A DNA stretch of 64,000 nucleotides, taken from assembly GCF_035084215.1 (NCBI RefSeq), contig NC_090352.1, forward strand, positions 31,930,001 to 31,994,000, given 5' to 3'. This stretch comes from Heptranchias perlo. Its lineage: Eukaryota. Position numbers and translations under genes: made by a program. Positions 40,175 to 53,515 of this stretch are shown in pieces; the first letter of the stretch is position 1; the number at the start of each line of letters is the position of its first letter. The notes beneath the pieces are model-generated. The model made no database searches. It was not told the origin of the DNA and saw only the letters and a program-made list of their open reading frames with translations.

Positions 40175-40760
40175 TTACATAGAGGCTATAGCACAGAAAC
40201 AGGCCACTCAGCCCAACTGGTCTATGCCGGCGTTTATGCTCCACACGAGCCTCCTCCCACCCCTTTTCATCTAACCCCATCAGCATATCCTTCTATTCCT
40301 TTCTCCCCCATGTACTTATCTAACTTCCCCTTAAATGCATCAATGCTATTCGCCTCAACTACTCCTTGTGGTAGTTTCACATTCTAACCTCTCTCTGGGT
40401 AAAGAAGTTTCACCTGAATTCCCTATTGGATTTATTAATGACTATTTAATATTTATGACCTATAGTTTAGGGCTCCCCACAAGTGGAAACATTTTCTCTA
40501 CATCTACCTTATCAAACCCTTTCATAATCTTAAATACCTCTATCACGTCACCCCTCAGCCTTCTCTTTGAGCGAAAAGCACCCCAGCCTGTTCAGCCTTT
40601 CCTGATAAGTATATCCCCTCAGTTCTGGTATCATCCTTGTGCATCTTTTTTGCACCTTCTCCAGTACCTCTACATCCTTTTTATAATGTGGAGACCACAA
40701 CTGTGCACAGTACTCCAAGTGTGATCTAACCAAGGTTCTATACAAGTTTAACATAACTTG
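40175..40760 (-). mobile_element. CR1 3' fragment in TNFAIP1 intron
   Basis: LYRTLVRSHLEYCAQLWSPHYKKD..VQKRCTRMIP. Confidence 0.9.
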
Positions 40761-41005
40761 TTATATCAGAACATAACTTATACAAGTTTAACATCAATGA
40801 GCTGATTAAACTTTACATAGAATCCCTTTGCTTATCCCACTCTCCCCAACAATTTTTCCCCTTTTTATTAAGCTTTCCTGAAAGCTGCATTGTATGTGTG
40901 CTGGATGGGATTCAAAATAAATAAAATTTAAAATCCCAATAAGCTGGTAATGTTACACAAATCAAACACGGCAGAGCCCGACCTGAATTAGAAGCAGCAT
41001 CGTAC

Positions 41006-41058
41006 CTAGTATAGGAATACTTGTTGTTGCTCCTGTTGTGTAGCAGCTTCACAACCGG
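41006..41058 (-). CDS. TNFAIP1: TNFAIP1 coding exon 4
   Basis: PVVKLLHNRSNNKYSYT(S); 53 nt; cag acceptor, GTACG donor. Confidence 0.94.
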
Positions 41059-41169
41059 CTGTTAGTAAAGAATAAAAGGCAGTCAGCTTTTAGTAAGACA
41101 AATATTGAGAATGGGGCAGAAAAATTCTCATTAAAAAAAAATATGAAAGACATGTAGGAGTATTGTGAC

Positions 41170-41259
41170 CTTAGCACATGTTTCAATTAGTCGTTCTTCC
41201 TCCTTAGGAGAGGTGATCATTGGGATTGTGCACGCAACTTCACAGCATTCATTCTTTTC
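41170..41259 (-). CDS. TNFAIP1: TNFAIP1 coding exon 3
   Basis: EKNECCEVACTIPMITSPKEEERLIETCAK; 90 nt; ttag acceptor, GTCACA donor. Confidence 0.92.
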
Positions 41260-42525
41260 CTAAATAAAATCAAATCATTAACGCAGGGGTGAAAAAAAGT
41301 CACCAATGAATGGAGAGAACAAACACTAAAAACTTTTCTTCACACAACAGTATTTTAGAAACAGCTAAGGAGAACGGCATGCGGTTGCCATGGTGATCAC
41401 AACTCAACTCGTGCCGAGTATTGTAAGTGTGGAAAATATTCTTGCTGCACAAGGGAGGCAGTGAAGGGAATTGTTACGTTTTATTCCTGGGTCATGTGTG
41501 GTGCACCGTTCAGTGTTTTACTACCAGCAGGGTATGCCAGCTGCATGGTTTCATCAACTCCCTGGTTCTGCAACCATCACAAAACAGAATTTTAATTATG
41601 TTGCTTGAGACAGTTCAGCAAATGAAACCCTTTTCTTAGTTTCCAGTGAAAGTTTATGGCCAACTTTTAAAACTCCCATTAGTGTTAAGCTCCTGCTACA
41701 ATCTACAGGCTTGTAAAAACCCAAGCTCGCTGTCATCTAATCACTGCTTCCTGACTCACCTCTCTTCTCTTACTTTTTCTAACCTTGGCTGTGTTCTGCA
41801 CTATGGATTTTAATCCTGAAGTAATCTTCTCAATTTTAAAAATGGTTTAAATCAAAGTAGGTAGAATCTAGTTTTGTTCAGCTTCCCCGTACTATAAATT
41901 CATGCATCATTTTGTATTCTCTATCCCCTGAATAAAACAAAATATAAACAGCAATTTTGTTTTAAAAAAGGATCACCATAGCATCTTTTAACAAGACGAC
42001 TGGATATCACGATGAGTTAACATTCGAGCGTTTAGCTTGAGAGTCTGGGGTTGAACGCAGCCTAGACTGATGGTATGAAAGCCTCCTTTCACTCTCCATC
42101 AGCTCTAGAGATCCTAAGAAGTGAGTGCAGCTACTTTCAACCCAGTTCCCAGCACTAAATTAGTGGTCACATTCAAAGAGGTTTTGGGATGGTGGGTGTG
42201 CGGAGCAGAAAAATTCCCACTGATGCAGCGGACACACTCCTATGAATTTGGGGGCATGGTCTATCAGTGGGGCAGAGTTAGGAGGCGTTTCACCTTACAC
42301 CCTACACCCATTCATAATAGGACTTTTATCTGGGATTTGGTGCTTGTGCTGACACTGGAGGGTACATTGGTGAAGTTTTTGTGCCTTAAGATGATCACTA
42401 AGAGCAATTTTTAAAAAAAAATACCACACTTTACACCTTTCTTCCACAACCAAAATGACATACATTATATTTAGAAAAACTATTTCATTATGTTAAACAG
42501 AAAGACAGCACCTTCTGTAAGTTAC

Positions 42526-42695
42526 CTGCAAAGCTGTTTGACATACGTCCACTAAGCCCTGAATGAGATAATATTTAGCCTCTGCCAACAGTTCCTTTAT
42601 TTCCCGCCTACTCTTTGGAAGGATAATCGAGTCATCCCGCAGGTAGTTCAAAACAGTGCCAAAATGTTTTCCACAACGGTCAATAAGAATCCAGC
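42526..42695 (-). CDS. TNFAIP1: TNFAIP1 coding exon 2
   Basis: [42 protein letters not shown]; 170 nt; AG/GT boundaries, phase consistent. Confidence 0.96.
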
Positions 42696-42834
42696 CTGTT
42701 TGGAAAAATACAAAATATTCCACAATAGAGGGCTATGATTCAAGGCAAGGATATTTTACAACCAAATGCAAATTCTTTACAAAAAGGTAAAGCCAAGGGC
42801 CCTCTCTGTATCCTTCCCCCTAAATGGCTCATAT

Positions 42835-43990
42835 GATCAGAGGATATTGTGGGGAAAATGGCCATTCGGCCCATCAAACCCATTCATGTACAATCTGCTT
42901 GGTCACACACTATTAATCCCATTTTAATTGCTGGAAGAAAGGTTCTCCAAAGTTTCTTCCTACCCTCATCTGCAGTTTGAGCAAACAGTCAGCATATATA
43001 ACCTTACATACTACATTATTCATCCTTCCTTGGCAAGACATTTCTACGGTACCACCAGCATTTAATTATCTTTACTACTTCTTCTATTCCTCAGTTGGCA
43101 GTACTCTCACTTCTGAAGGTTGTGGGTTCAAACCCCACTCCAGCATTTGAGGACATAATCTAGGCTGACACTCCAGTGCGAGCAAGTGCTCCAACACTGG
43201 AGATGCCACCCTTGGGATTAGTCATTGAACAGAGGCCTCAATGGTTTTGGTGATCATTAAAAGATCCTCTGGCACTATTCAAAGAACTGCAAGTAATTCT
43301 CCCGTGCCTCAACCAACATTCTTCCCTCGTCCAACTTCAACAAAAACTGATTAACTGGTTATTCATCTCATTGCTGTTTGTGGGATCATGCTGCGGGCAA
43401 AATGGCTGTGGTATTTGAATACACAGAGTCACTGCATGTCTAGAAGATACAACCCAACACAAATTTAGCCAAATTGATAAAATTACATTGACTGGTTTCT
43501 TCAGCGACGATAATCATACCACCCAAATTCTTTTCCACTTTTGCTAAAGGGCACCTTCTCATCACATAATTTCCCATTCCAATGTGCAAAATAATGCATT
43601 TATCCACATTAAAACCCATTTGTCCTCCTTAATTGGTTCAACCTTCTATGAGTGCTATCAATCACGCTCACAATCATCACCTGGTCAGAAACCTTGCGAT
43701 CTTCATCAAATCTTATAACACTTTAAAGAGCCCTCCTTAGTATTGTTTACTAATTGTGGGAACCAAGAATAGATCCTTCTGGAACTCTATTAGTCACTCT
43801 CTGTCTCTCTTCCTCCATGGCCTGAGCAGAGCTCTTCCATTTATGACCTTGTTTTCAATCTAGTTATCTAATTTACCACAAATTCCATAAGACTGATCCC
43901 TGCAGGCACTTCATATGGAACTTTATTGAATGCTGTCTGCAAATTCAAGAAGATTATACCTGATGGGTTACCCTCCTCAAATACGTCAAA
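42835..43990 (-). mobile_element. Heavily degraded CR1, interrupted by a SINE
   Basis: GGCCATTCGGCCCATC 3'-end motif and RT remnants (ACTTTATTGAATGC..CAAATTCAAG). Confidence 0.55.
43085..43440 (+). mobile_element. Deu-type SINE
   Basis: CTCAGTTGG..GGGTTCAAACCCCACTCC head; AAAAGATCCTCTGGCACTATT core. Confidence 0.78.
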
Positions 43991-44326
43991 AAACTTGTGC
44001 CATTGTAGCTTAAAATTTCTAGCTCAGTGACTGCGTAGTAGTGATTTGCCATCAACAAGTCCAGTGCCCTTTCATTATTGGCAGTGGCCTTTCCTTACCA
44101 GACCATGGAATTGGTAGTAATGGGCAGGGTCAGGTGCTTAGATATTTCTACCACGGTGATAATTTTCTATATTTCACAATTTAGTTATTAGGATATCTTC
44201 TTGTGGTACTGAATATTACAAATCTTTTTAAAAAGACGTTTGAATAGTTAAAAGTTACTGTTGCTCCATGAAGCCAAGGAGAACTTCCAAGTTATCTGGC
44301 CAACACTGTGATGAATAGCTGGTATT

Positions 44327-45925
44327 ACATAAGAACATAAGAAATAGGAGCAGGAGTAGGCCAATCGGCCCCTCGAGCCTGCTCCGCCATTCAATAAGAT
44401 CATGGCTGATCTGGTCCTAACCTCAAATCTAAAATCATGTCCAATTTCCTGCCCGCTCCCCGTAACCCCTAATTCCCTTTACTTCTAGGAAACTGTCTAT
44501 TTCTGTTTTAAATTTATTTAATGATGTAGCTTCCACAGCTTCCTGGGGCAGCAAATTCCACAGACCTACTACCCTCTGAGTGAAGAAGTTTCTCCTCATC
44601 TCAGTTTTGAAAGAGCAGCCCCTTATTCTAAGATTATGCCCCCTAGTTCTAGTTTCACCCATCCTTGGGAACATCCTTACCGCATCCACCCGATCAAGCC
44701 CCTTCACAATCTTATATGTTTCAATAAGATCGCCTCTCATTCTTCTGAACTCCAATGAGTAGAGTCCCAATCTACTCAACCTCTCCTCATATGTCCGCCC
44801 CCTCATCCCCGGGATTAACCGAGTGAACCTTCTTTGTACTGCCTCGAGAGCAAGTATGTCTTTTCTTAAGTGTGGACACCAAAACTGTATGCAGTATTCC
44901 AGGTGCGGTCTCACCAATACCTTATATAACTGCAGCAATACCTCCCTGTTTTTATATTCTATCCCCCGAGCAATAAAAGCCAACATTCCGTTGGCCTTCT
45001 TGATCACCTGCTGCACCTGCATACTAACTTTGATTTTCTTGCACTAGGACCCCCAGATCCCTTTGTACTGCAGTACTTTCCAGTTTCTCGCCATTGAGAT
45101 AATAACTTGCTCTCCGATTTTTCCTGCCAAAGTGCATAACCTCACATTTTCCAATATTGTATTGCATCTGCCAAATCTCCGCCCACTCACCCAGCCTGTC
45201 CATATCCCCTTATAGGTTTTTTATGTCCTCCTCACTCTCTACTTTCCCTCCCATCTTTGTATCATCTGCAAACTTTGATATGTTACACTCGGTCCCCTCC
45301 TCCAAATCATTAATATAGATTGTAAAGAGTTGGGGACCCAGCACCGACCCCTGCGGAACACCACTGGCTACTGGTTGCCAGTCCGAGAATGTACCATTTA
45401 TCCCAACTCTCTGCTTCCTGTTAGATAACCAATCCTCCACCCATGCCAGAATATTACCCCCAATCCAGTGATTCTTTATCTTGAGCAATAATCTTTTATG
45501 TGGCACCTTGTCGAATGCCTTCTGGAAGTCTAAATACACTACATCCACTGGTTCCCCTTTATCCACTCTGTACGTTATATCCTCAAAGAACTCAAGCAAA
45601 TTTGTCAGACATGACTTCCCCTTCGTAAAGCCATGCTGACTTTGTCCTATTAAATTATGTTTATCCAAATGTTCCGCGACTGTCTCCTTAATAATAGACT
45701 CCAAAATTTTACCCACCACAGATGTTAGGCCAACTGGTCTATAATTTCCAGCCTTCTGCCTAATACCCTTTTTAAATAACGGTGTTACATTAGCAGTTTT
45801 CCAATCTGCCGGGACTTTTGTCGAGTCCAGAGAATTTTGGAAAATTATTACCAAAGCTTCCACAATCCCTACTGCCGCTTCCCTCAAGACCCTGGGATGT
45901 AAGCCATCAGGTCCAGGGGACTTGA
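44327..45925 (-). mobile_element. Young CR1 LINE, RT to 3' end
   Basis: Long open RT frames (45210-45925, 44435-45022) with [10 protein letters not shown] and FADDTK; (ACATAAGA)n terminal repeat. Confidence 0.97.
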
Positions 45926-47701
45926 TCTTATTGAATAAGATCGGATGCAAAATCAGAGTTTTTAAAATGAAGGGAACTGATAATGTGGTCAGAGAGAGGT
46001 GCTTTGTGGAAAATAAAACAATGGGACTATAATCCAAAGAAACGAGGAGTTAACTGAAAAGATTTTTTAAAAACATTTTCATGCTCAAGAGTCAATAATT
46101 TACGAACAGACCCTCTGCGTATAAATAAACTTGCTGCAGTGCGGTATCATTTTAAAAAAAATTTCAGAACGATATTGGATTGGCTCCAATTCAGCTGGAT
46201 AGAATTTTCTTGTCGGAAAAAGATGAAAAATGGTCAGATTGTGACCCAAAACTGGATGGAGAAAACTGTTTCTTACTCTAGTCTTTCCCAGCACCTCAAC
46301 ACTAGACGTTTTTAACCTCCCTCACAGTCTTCCCTTCCTCCAAGAGTCGCCAAGCTTGGCATCAGCTAAATATTGAAGTAAATCTACTTGATTTATCTTC
46401 TCTCCAACCTTGGTGGCGTTCTGCACTATGGTCCCTGGCCCTTCACCTAGATTTCTCAATTTAACAAACTAGCCTTGTTTTGTTCCCATGCTCTTATCAC
46501 AGACCAGCGGCTCTATTCCTCTGAGCAAGGCAGACTGTATAATTTTTATCATTAAATATTTGTACGGCATGATGCAAATTCACAAAGATTGCAAATATTG
46601 ACAGGAGGGCATAACATTGCAACTGGTAGGACCTCTAGGTCAGTAAGGTTTATATAACAATAATTTAACTACTTAGTTTAGTAACTGTTTTCTCAGTTTA
46701 TAAACAACCTGCATCGCTCTACACAGCTTGCTACCAAAAGCTTAATTTTTAGGAGCCAAACAATCCCAGGCAAGATTATCCCATTAAATCTGCACAGTGC
46801 TAATTTTAAACATGCAACCAGCTAATATTCCCTGTAATTACTAAAACACAGGCATATAAAATTCACTCCATTTATCTTTAAAGTGGTCAGTGTTTACTGG
46901 GATCCGACTTAAGACGTGATGTTTATCACACGTGTGAGGGACAGTTCTAAAAATAAACCAGTGATATTACATTTCAGTAATTAAAAATAATTGCAGATTA
47001 CATTATTCATTTGTTTTGAGAAGTACTTTTACAATTAAACTGAGAGGCCTGCAGCTTTACCTTATAGTGTACACTGAACTCCCACAACAAAAGTGGAAGT
47101 CCGAATTCATATTACTGGTATTAACTGATCATATCAATATCCATCTCCTACATCAACTATTTCTAAAGAAGTTTTATCAAAGTGGAAAAAGCATTGAGAA
47201 ACCCAGTCATTTCATGATGGCTTCTTCTGACCTGGAACTAATAATTTACAAGCAGTTACGCCAACTGCCCTGTGCTTGACCTCAAGCGTTTACAAGCAGC
47301 TACAATTACCCTAAACAGCACAACCGTGCTCCAGACCCCAGACGACCTCAAGAGCAATGCCATGGGGGACCGACAAAAAAAAATCAAGCTGATTTAAAGA
47401 TCGTAAGTTAAAATCACTGACACCATATACGGCGAGTGTTCCATAGATGGCTGCCATCAACTTCTCTCCACAATATTTGCAGTACAGGTTTGGCAGACTG
47501 GACCTGGCCTCCATTTACAATTTCTCTCGAGTGATCCAGCAGATTGGAAACTGTGGCAAATGCTGGGGGAGAAAACCCACATTCTACCACTTACCCACAT
47601 TTTAGTACATTAATGGCAGTCATAGGTTTTGGGGTATACATTTCAAAAACTGAAATAACTGTCTTGGTTACTTCTGGTACAACTGGTTAGATTATATTCA
47701 C

Positions 47702-47915
47702 CTTCTTTGTCAGTGAGAACTTCCATTCTTCCACTAAACATTGCCTTTAGCATAGTATCGTGTCTGGTTAAAATCTGAACAGTGGTGTAGTACAGGGAGC
47801 CTCCAACATTTAATCGGATGTATTTGTTCCCCATGCTTCCTTCTTTAAAGCTAATGGCCTTGGGTTTGGCTCCAGAAGGTGGGTACAGTGACGTTAGGCA
47901 GGTGTCCCCAGACAT
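47702..47915 (-). CDS. TNFAIP1: TNFAIP1 (BACURD2) coding exon 1, BTB/POZ start
   Basis: [37 protein letters not shown]; 214 nt; donor G|GTGAAT. Upstream acceptor ttttag places the exon start at 48047. Confidence 0.96.
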
Positions 47916-49499
47916 GTCTCTCTGAAGGTAAATGGTGACTCTGCACACAGTTGGCTTAATCTGTCCCGCCGTGGTTGGTGTGAGCAAGCTAGACAAAAAC
48001 GAGTCGAGGTCTGGTCACGTTCACAAATGTTCATAACCTCTGCACCACTAAAAACAAGGAAAATCTTCACGTTAAACATCAAACATATTAGAAACAAACA
48101 AAACTTTGAACCTAATTTGAAAGTGCAATACATCACAGAATATCTATACTACCATCTTATCTTCTCCATAGACATGAGCATTATGAAAATTTCTAGGGTT
48201 GTGGATGTGCATGTGAGACAGTCACAATTCTAACCATGGTGTAAAGCACAATCAAAGGGAGGGAGTGGTAACTGAGTCCACTTGTGACCACTATGAAACA
48301 CCATGTGTCCATTCCCTCAATCCTGCCCCGTGCCAGGTCCTTCAGATTTCCTAGGCTAGAATTCTTTGTTCTTCAATATTCAACCTGGAGTTTTAACTTT
48401 TGGTCACCCTTTCATACTTGTAAAAAAAAGTAATATGAAGACACAATCAATAATTAAGTGATGACTTCAACATGTTAATTGTACAAGAGAACAAACTGCT
48501 TGAACGTAAAGACATAGGACACACAGCAATTCAGTACCAAAGGATGTACAGAAAGAGCATCACATTAGAAATTAAGTTTCTTAAATTTTAAAAGATTGGC
48601 AAATTTTAATTTGAAAGATGCAATAATGAGATGTTATGTTGCTAGGGAGATTGAGTTTCAAATTAAAAGGTGCTGGTGGCAATTAAAAACATGCCATAAC
48701 CAATTTGTCCATGGTGGTTGGTCGACCTTTCCTCAATCATATCTGATGACTATTGCAGATTATATCACATGATACAAGGGCAGATCACCCAGGCAGCAGG
48801 TCACTGGATCAAAGAACAACTTGCATTTATAGAGTGCCTTTAACGTAGGGAAACATCCCAAGGCGCTTCACAGGAGAGTAATCAGACAAAAATTAGCAAA
48901 AAAGTCAGTGTTTCGAGCTTTTCTGTGTAGGGGCTGCTGCAAATATTGATACAATCCCAGAGACCTCCTGTTGCAATGGTGCCAGCTACCCAAAGAGTAA
49001 CCCTACATTATTGCAAAAGTATGTGTTATTAGCATATAGCAATAGGAGTGGCATGCCAGTAGGTCAACAAATTGATAAAAATACAGAAATCTAGTTCTAA
49101 TTGCTACTGAATGACCTTTTAGGGCAAGGACAGGATTGGGCTCGTCAGCGATGCCCCCCAAATAGTCGGACAATGTGTACATTCGCATAAAGAATGGCCA
49201 CCTGTACAAGGATACTAGAGGGCTCCTTACTGCCAGCAAGAGTTAAGAGGGAAAAAAAAGGAGAAACAAAAGAAAACTAATTTTTCATGAACTGCTCATA
49301 CAACATAATGAGTTCTGACCTTCTGTCCTCATTAAATGAACAGGTGAGTCAGGCCGACTGCTTAACAAGGTTTCTCAAGGTTGAAATAAATATATTTAAT
49401 CATGCCACAACTGATGACTGCCTCATGCACTCCTGAAAAATGAATGCTCAATTACACATATCCAACCCACACATCAGAATCCTAACAAAGATGCAAGTA

Positions 49500-50075
49500 G
49501 TTTTTTGTTTAATTCGTTCATGGGATGTGGGCGTCGCTGCCAAGGCCAGCATTTATTGCCCATCCCCAATTGCCCTGAGAAGGTGGTGGCGAGCCGCCTT
49601 CTTGAACCGCTGCAGTCCGTGTGGTGAAGGTTCTCCCACAGTGCTGTTAGGTAGGGTGTTCCAGGATTTTAACCCTGCGACGATGAAGGAACAGCGATAT
49701 ATTTCCAAGTCGGGATGGTGTGTGACTTGGAGGGGAACATGCAGATGGTGTTGTTCCCATGTGCCTGCTGCCCTTGTCCTTCTAGGTGGTAGAGGTCACG
49801 GGTTTGGGAGGTGCTGTTGAAGAAGCCTTGGCGAGTTGCTGCAGTGCATCCTGTGGATGGCACACACTGCAGCCACTGTGCGCTGGTGGTGAAGGGAGTG
49901 AATGTTTAGGGTGATGGATAGGGTGCCAATCAAGCGGGCTGCCTTGTCCTGGATGGTGTCGAGCTTCTTGAGTGTTGTTGGAGCTGCTCTCATCCAAGCA
50001 AGTGGAGAGTATTCCATCACATTCCTGACTTGTGCCTTGTAGATGGTGGAAAGGCTTTGGGGAGTCATGAGGTGA
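49500..50075 (-). mobile_element. CR1/L2-group non-LTR element 3' end
   Basis: IYKAQVRNVMEYSPLAW..LDTIQDKAARLIG..SLHHQR; same tail as the 8.4/8.8-kb copies. Confidence 0.87.
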
Positions 50076-50574
50076 TGGGTGGATTTAAAAAATGTGTGGC
50101 AGAAAAGGATTCCTTTCATTGATCTAACATATCATATAGTACCAAATGCAAACACTGTTTAAACCCTTGCTCCTTCACACAACAAAGTAACACACTTTTA
50201 ACTTCAGAAATAGCACGTAAAATATTTAAACTCTTTCTTTTGCTCATCTCTGTAAGTCAGCCACCTCGGAAGTAAACAGCTGCTGCACTACCCCCACCTT
50301 TCAAATTAACAGAATTAGGCCCCACTAAAGTGATTGGCAGAAACAAAGTGACTTTTATGATATATAATGTAACAATGGATTGAAACTCAGTCAAGTCACA
50401 CTGGTGCTGGGAGACCTCAGGACAGAAAATATTGCAAAAACGTTGTCTCAGTTTAGATCAGCAGTTCGGTTTTAAATGCAGTCACTATGATCAAAGGAGC
50501 CTTAGGCAGTTAAGCTCCTCCAACATTAACTGACGCTTAACGGTCATGAAGACTTAAAAAAAAATCATAAGTGC

Positions 50575-50920
50575 TTGATGGCCATTGAATTCATGGCGTC
50601 TAACTTCTTTCAGCCTACAACCCCCCACCCCCAGAACTCTTCATTCCTGACTCTGCCTCTTTTGCATCCCCCCTCCAACTACCTCCCTGACCCACACCAC
50701 TGGAGACTGTACTAGTCCCCATGTTCCCAAAGCCATCTACCGTCCTTTCATTCTTAAAACCCACCTCTTTGACAGATGCATAATCAGACAAAAATGAACA
50801 CCAATCATCCCACTTAACATCTCCCTCTATAGGCTCAGTGTTTATTTTTGTCTGATTATGCATTTGTGAAGCAACCTGGGATTTGTTTCTACATTAAAAG
50901 CACTATAGAAATGAGTGGCT
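50575..50920 (+). mobile_element. Degraded L2 3' end
   Basis: GGCTCAGTGT..TGTGAAGC..TTCTACATTAAAAGCACTATA tail. Confidence 0.65.
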
Positions 50921-52384
50921 GTACACCAGGAATGACTTAAGCAAGGGTAAGTGGAGACCAACACACCCATCTATTGTGTTAAGCTTCATTATGTTGATTA
51001 TATAGAGGATAGTATGCACGTTGAGATCCAAAAAATAAATATTTTACATTCTTGGCTCATGCATTCTCTCGAATATTATTCCCCCATGCCTCAAACACTA
51101 GTCCACCTAGTAAATTAGCTGTGATTTTTACAATCGAATTAACACTCTGCAGACCTCCTAACCCATCATCTTACCATTGAGGCCGTATGAGGTACAAAAA
51201 TTCCCAATCTTGAGAATTTAAACACTTAATTTGCGTGTAAAAATACCTCAAATAGCAGTAGTGCTTTAGAAACAAGCTTGTGGGTCAGCAGCAGTGAAAT
51301 CATCAAATGCTTCATAGAAAGGACAAATGTATCTCTATGCATTTCAAGAAAAATTTGAAGGGCAGGGGAATGGGACAAGTTGGCACAAGCACGATGAGCC
51401 AAATGGCATCCTCCTGTGCTGTAAAACTCTATGTCAGTACAATACCAGAGCAATAAAGAGTATAAAAGTTCATCGCTGCACAGATACATTCCAACACAGA
51501 CCGATCAATCTCAGCAGGATGTCATTTTTCTTATGCAGCTATCTGAAGGAGTGCTATTGATTACTAATATCAGTGCAACAGTAGCTATTAAACCCATTGC
51601 TGATAGCAATGGATCTGCAATCATGCACACACACACCATAGGAATAAAGCAACAAAGGCAAAAAAAATGAAATGGCAAGTATTCCGCCTTAGCTGTTAGC
51701 CATCTCACCATTTGATCATTTCCCTCCCCAAACAAGCACTATTGTACTTAATTACACAATCAATGGACTGTGTTACTCCTGTTACAAACTGTATTTCCCA
51801 TTACACTGAAAAAATTGAACACTAAATTTAGTAAATACCCAAGGCGGCTATAGGAACATAGGAATTGCTGGACAAAAAAAAAACCAAGGTAATGGATCTG
51901 AGCACTTTTTGAACCTGCCTTAGGATCAGACTGGAGTTATACTCCAGCTAGTGCCAACATCCCATTAGTGCAAAACAACCTCCTGGACGACATCTCATAC
52001 CGCTACACTGCAGATGCAATACAGAAACTCTTCAAGTTATGCTGCTACTTTTGCATCAACTTGCACCTGAAACTGCTTTGCATCAGCTGGAAAGTAGTAC
52101 AACTGCAGTCAAGTTCCCACATTCTTGGAGACTAAAAGGCAACTTCTAGACAGGCTATGCAAGTGTTTTTAATTCTAAGAGGTCTGTAGGGAAGAGGGGA
52201 AAAAAACTCAGTAAAATAAAATTCTTGGTGATCCAGAGAGATATGGAGACACACTGTTAAACCTCAGCGTTAGTTTGAAGGGGTTATGTGGAAAGACACG
52301 AAGTGCTAGGGCTTCAGAGACGTAGTTTGTTGACTAGCCTGATGAGTCCCTATCAGGTACTTTGCTGAGGTATAGGTGGGTTGA

Positions 52385-52562
52385 TTTTTTTTTTGTCGGA
52401 TCCAATTTGATCCTGTTGACGAATCCGACCCAGCCTTGAGAATATCCTGTTCCCGGTTCCATCCTACACGGTTACCCTTCTTGAATTGTCCATTTATGCC
52501 CCTGCAATTCAATTACAGCTCGCTGATTTGGGGCATTAGGGCCTTCCACTGGCTTGCAGCTG
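52385..52562. repeat. ~180-bp direct repeat, copy 1
   Basis: Near-identical to 53151-53329. Confidence 0.95.
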
Positions 52563-53110
52563 CCATTGAGCGGAATGGGAGAATTTAACTCGCTTCTACT
52601 GAGAGGAGACACACGGGGTTACTTCCCACCGCACGGCCGCCGGCTCCTCCGTCTCCTGCCTTTAGCTGCCGCCCGCCCGCCCGTCCCTCACTCACTCACT
52701 CACTCCATTTGCTCTGGTGGGTCTCGCTCCTACAACTTGACGGCGCTTCTCCCTCCCAGCGGGGATTCAAAGTCCGCCTACCCCCATATCTCGGACCATT
52801 CCCCAGGCCGCCCCCCCCTCCATCTCGGACCATTCCCCCCCCGGGTACCTGCAGGACTTGCCGAGCCGATTCCTCCCTCCTTTCCCTCACCAGCTCCTTC
52901 ACTTCCTGCTCGAACCTCCGCCAGACACAAACTGCAACATTGTTACCATCGCCCAAACTGGCTCACCGGAAGTGGCTGCTGCGCCTCCAGCCAGCTGCTA
53001 ACGAGCTCACCACGCATGCGTGCGTGCTCCTCTCCCTTTACATCGTACTACGCAAGCGCCAATAGACCCATTGTCCCTCGCCTGCAAGCCACCTCTTAGG
53101 GACCGTCCGT
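52563..53110 (-). promoter_or_regulatory. TNFAIP1: TNFAIP1 CpG-island promoter/non-coding first exon
   Basis: CpG island upstream of the first coding exon; ETS CCGGAAGT (~52966), NRF1-like ACGCATGCGT (~53012), CCAAT (~53059); candidate minus-strand donors at ~52622 (GTAACC) and ~52966 (GTGAGC). Confidence 0.75.
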
Positions 53111-53150
53111 AAATTAGCCCAAAGTATAGTGAGGAATAAGGTGCAATATA

Positions 53151-53329
53151 TTTTTTTTTGTGTCGGATCCGATTCGACCCTGTTGGCGAATCCGACCCAG
53201 CCTTGAGAATATCCTGTTCCCGGTTCCATCCTACACGGTTACCCTTCTTGAATTGTCCGTTTATGTCCCTGCAATTCAATTACAGCTCGCTGATTTGGGG
53301 CATTAGGGCCTTCCACTGGCTTGCAGCTG
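53151..53329. repeat. ~180-bp direct repeat, copy 2
   Basis: Near-identical to 52385-52562. Confidence 0.95.
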
Positions 53330-53515
53330 TAATGATCTGAAATGGCGGTGGAAGCAGATTCAATAGTAACTCTCAAAAGGGAATTGGGTAAAGGGAATTG
53401 GAGGGAAAACATTTGCAGGGCTATGGGGAAAGAGCAGGGGAATGGGACTAATTGGATAGCTCTTTCACGATGGGCCGAATGGCGTCCTCCTGGGTTTTAC
53501 CTACTGTGATATGAT
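53330..53515 (+). mobile_element. CR1 3' end fragment
   Basis: Matches 56822-56970. Confidence 0.8.

Noticed and set aside
40739-40795. Short duplicated TATACAAGTTTAACAT
   Set aside because: Ordinary 5'-junction slippage of the CR1 fragment.
52554-53099. 181-aa and other ORFs over the CpG island
   Set aside because: GC-rich, stop-poor promoter sequence; no recognisable domain.
52385-53329. LTR pair of a TRIM/LTR retroelement
   Set aside because: No convincing TG..CA boundaries (identity extends past CA), no PBS/PPT or TSD; the interior is the host promoter.
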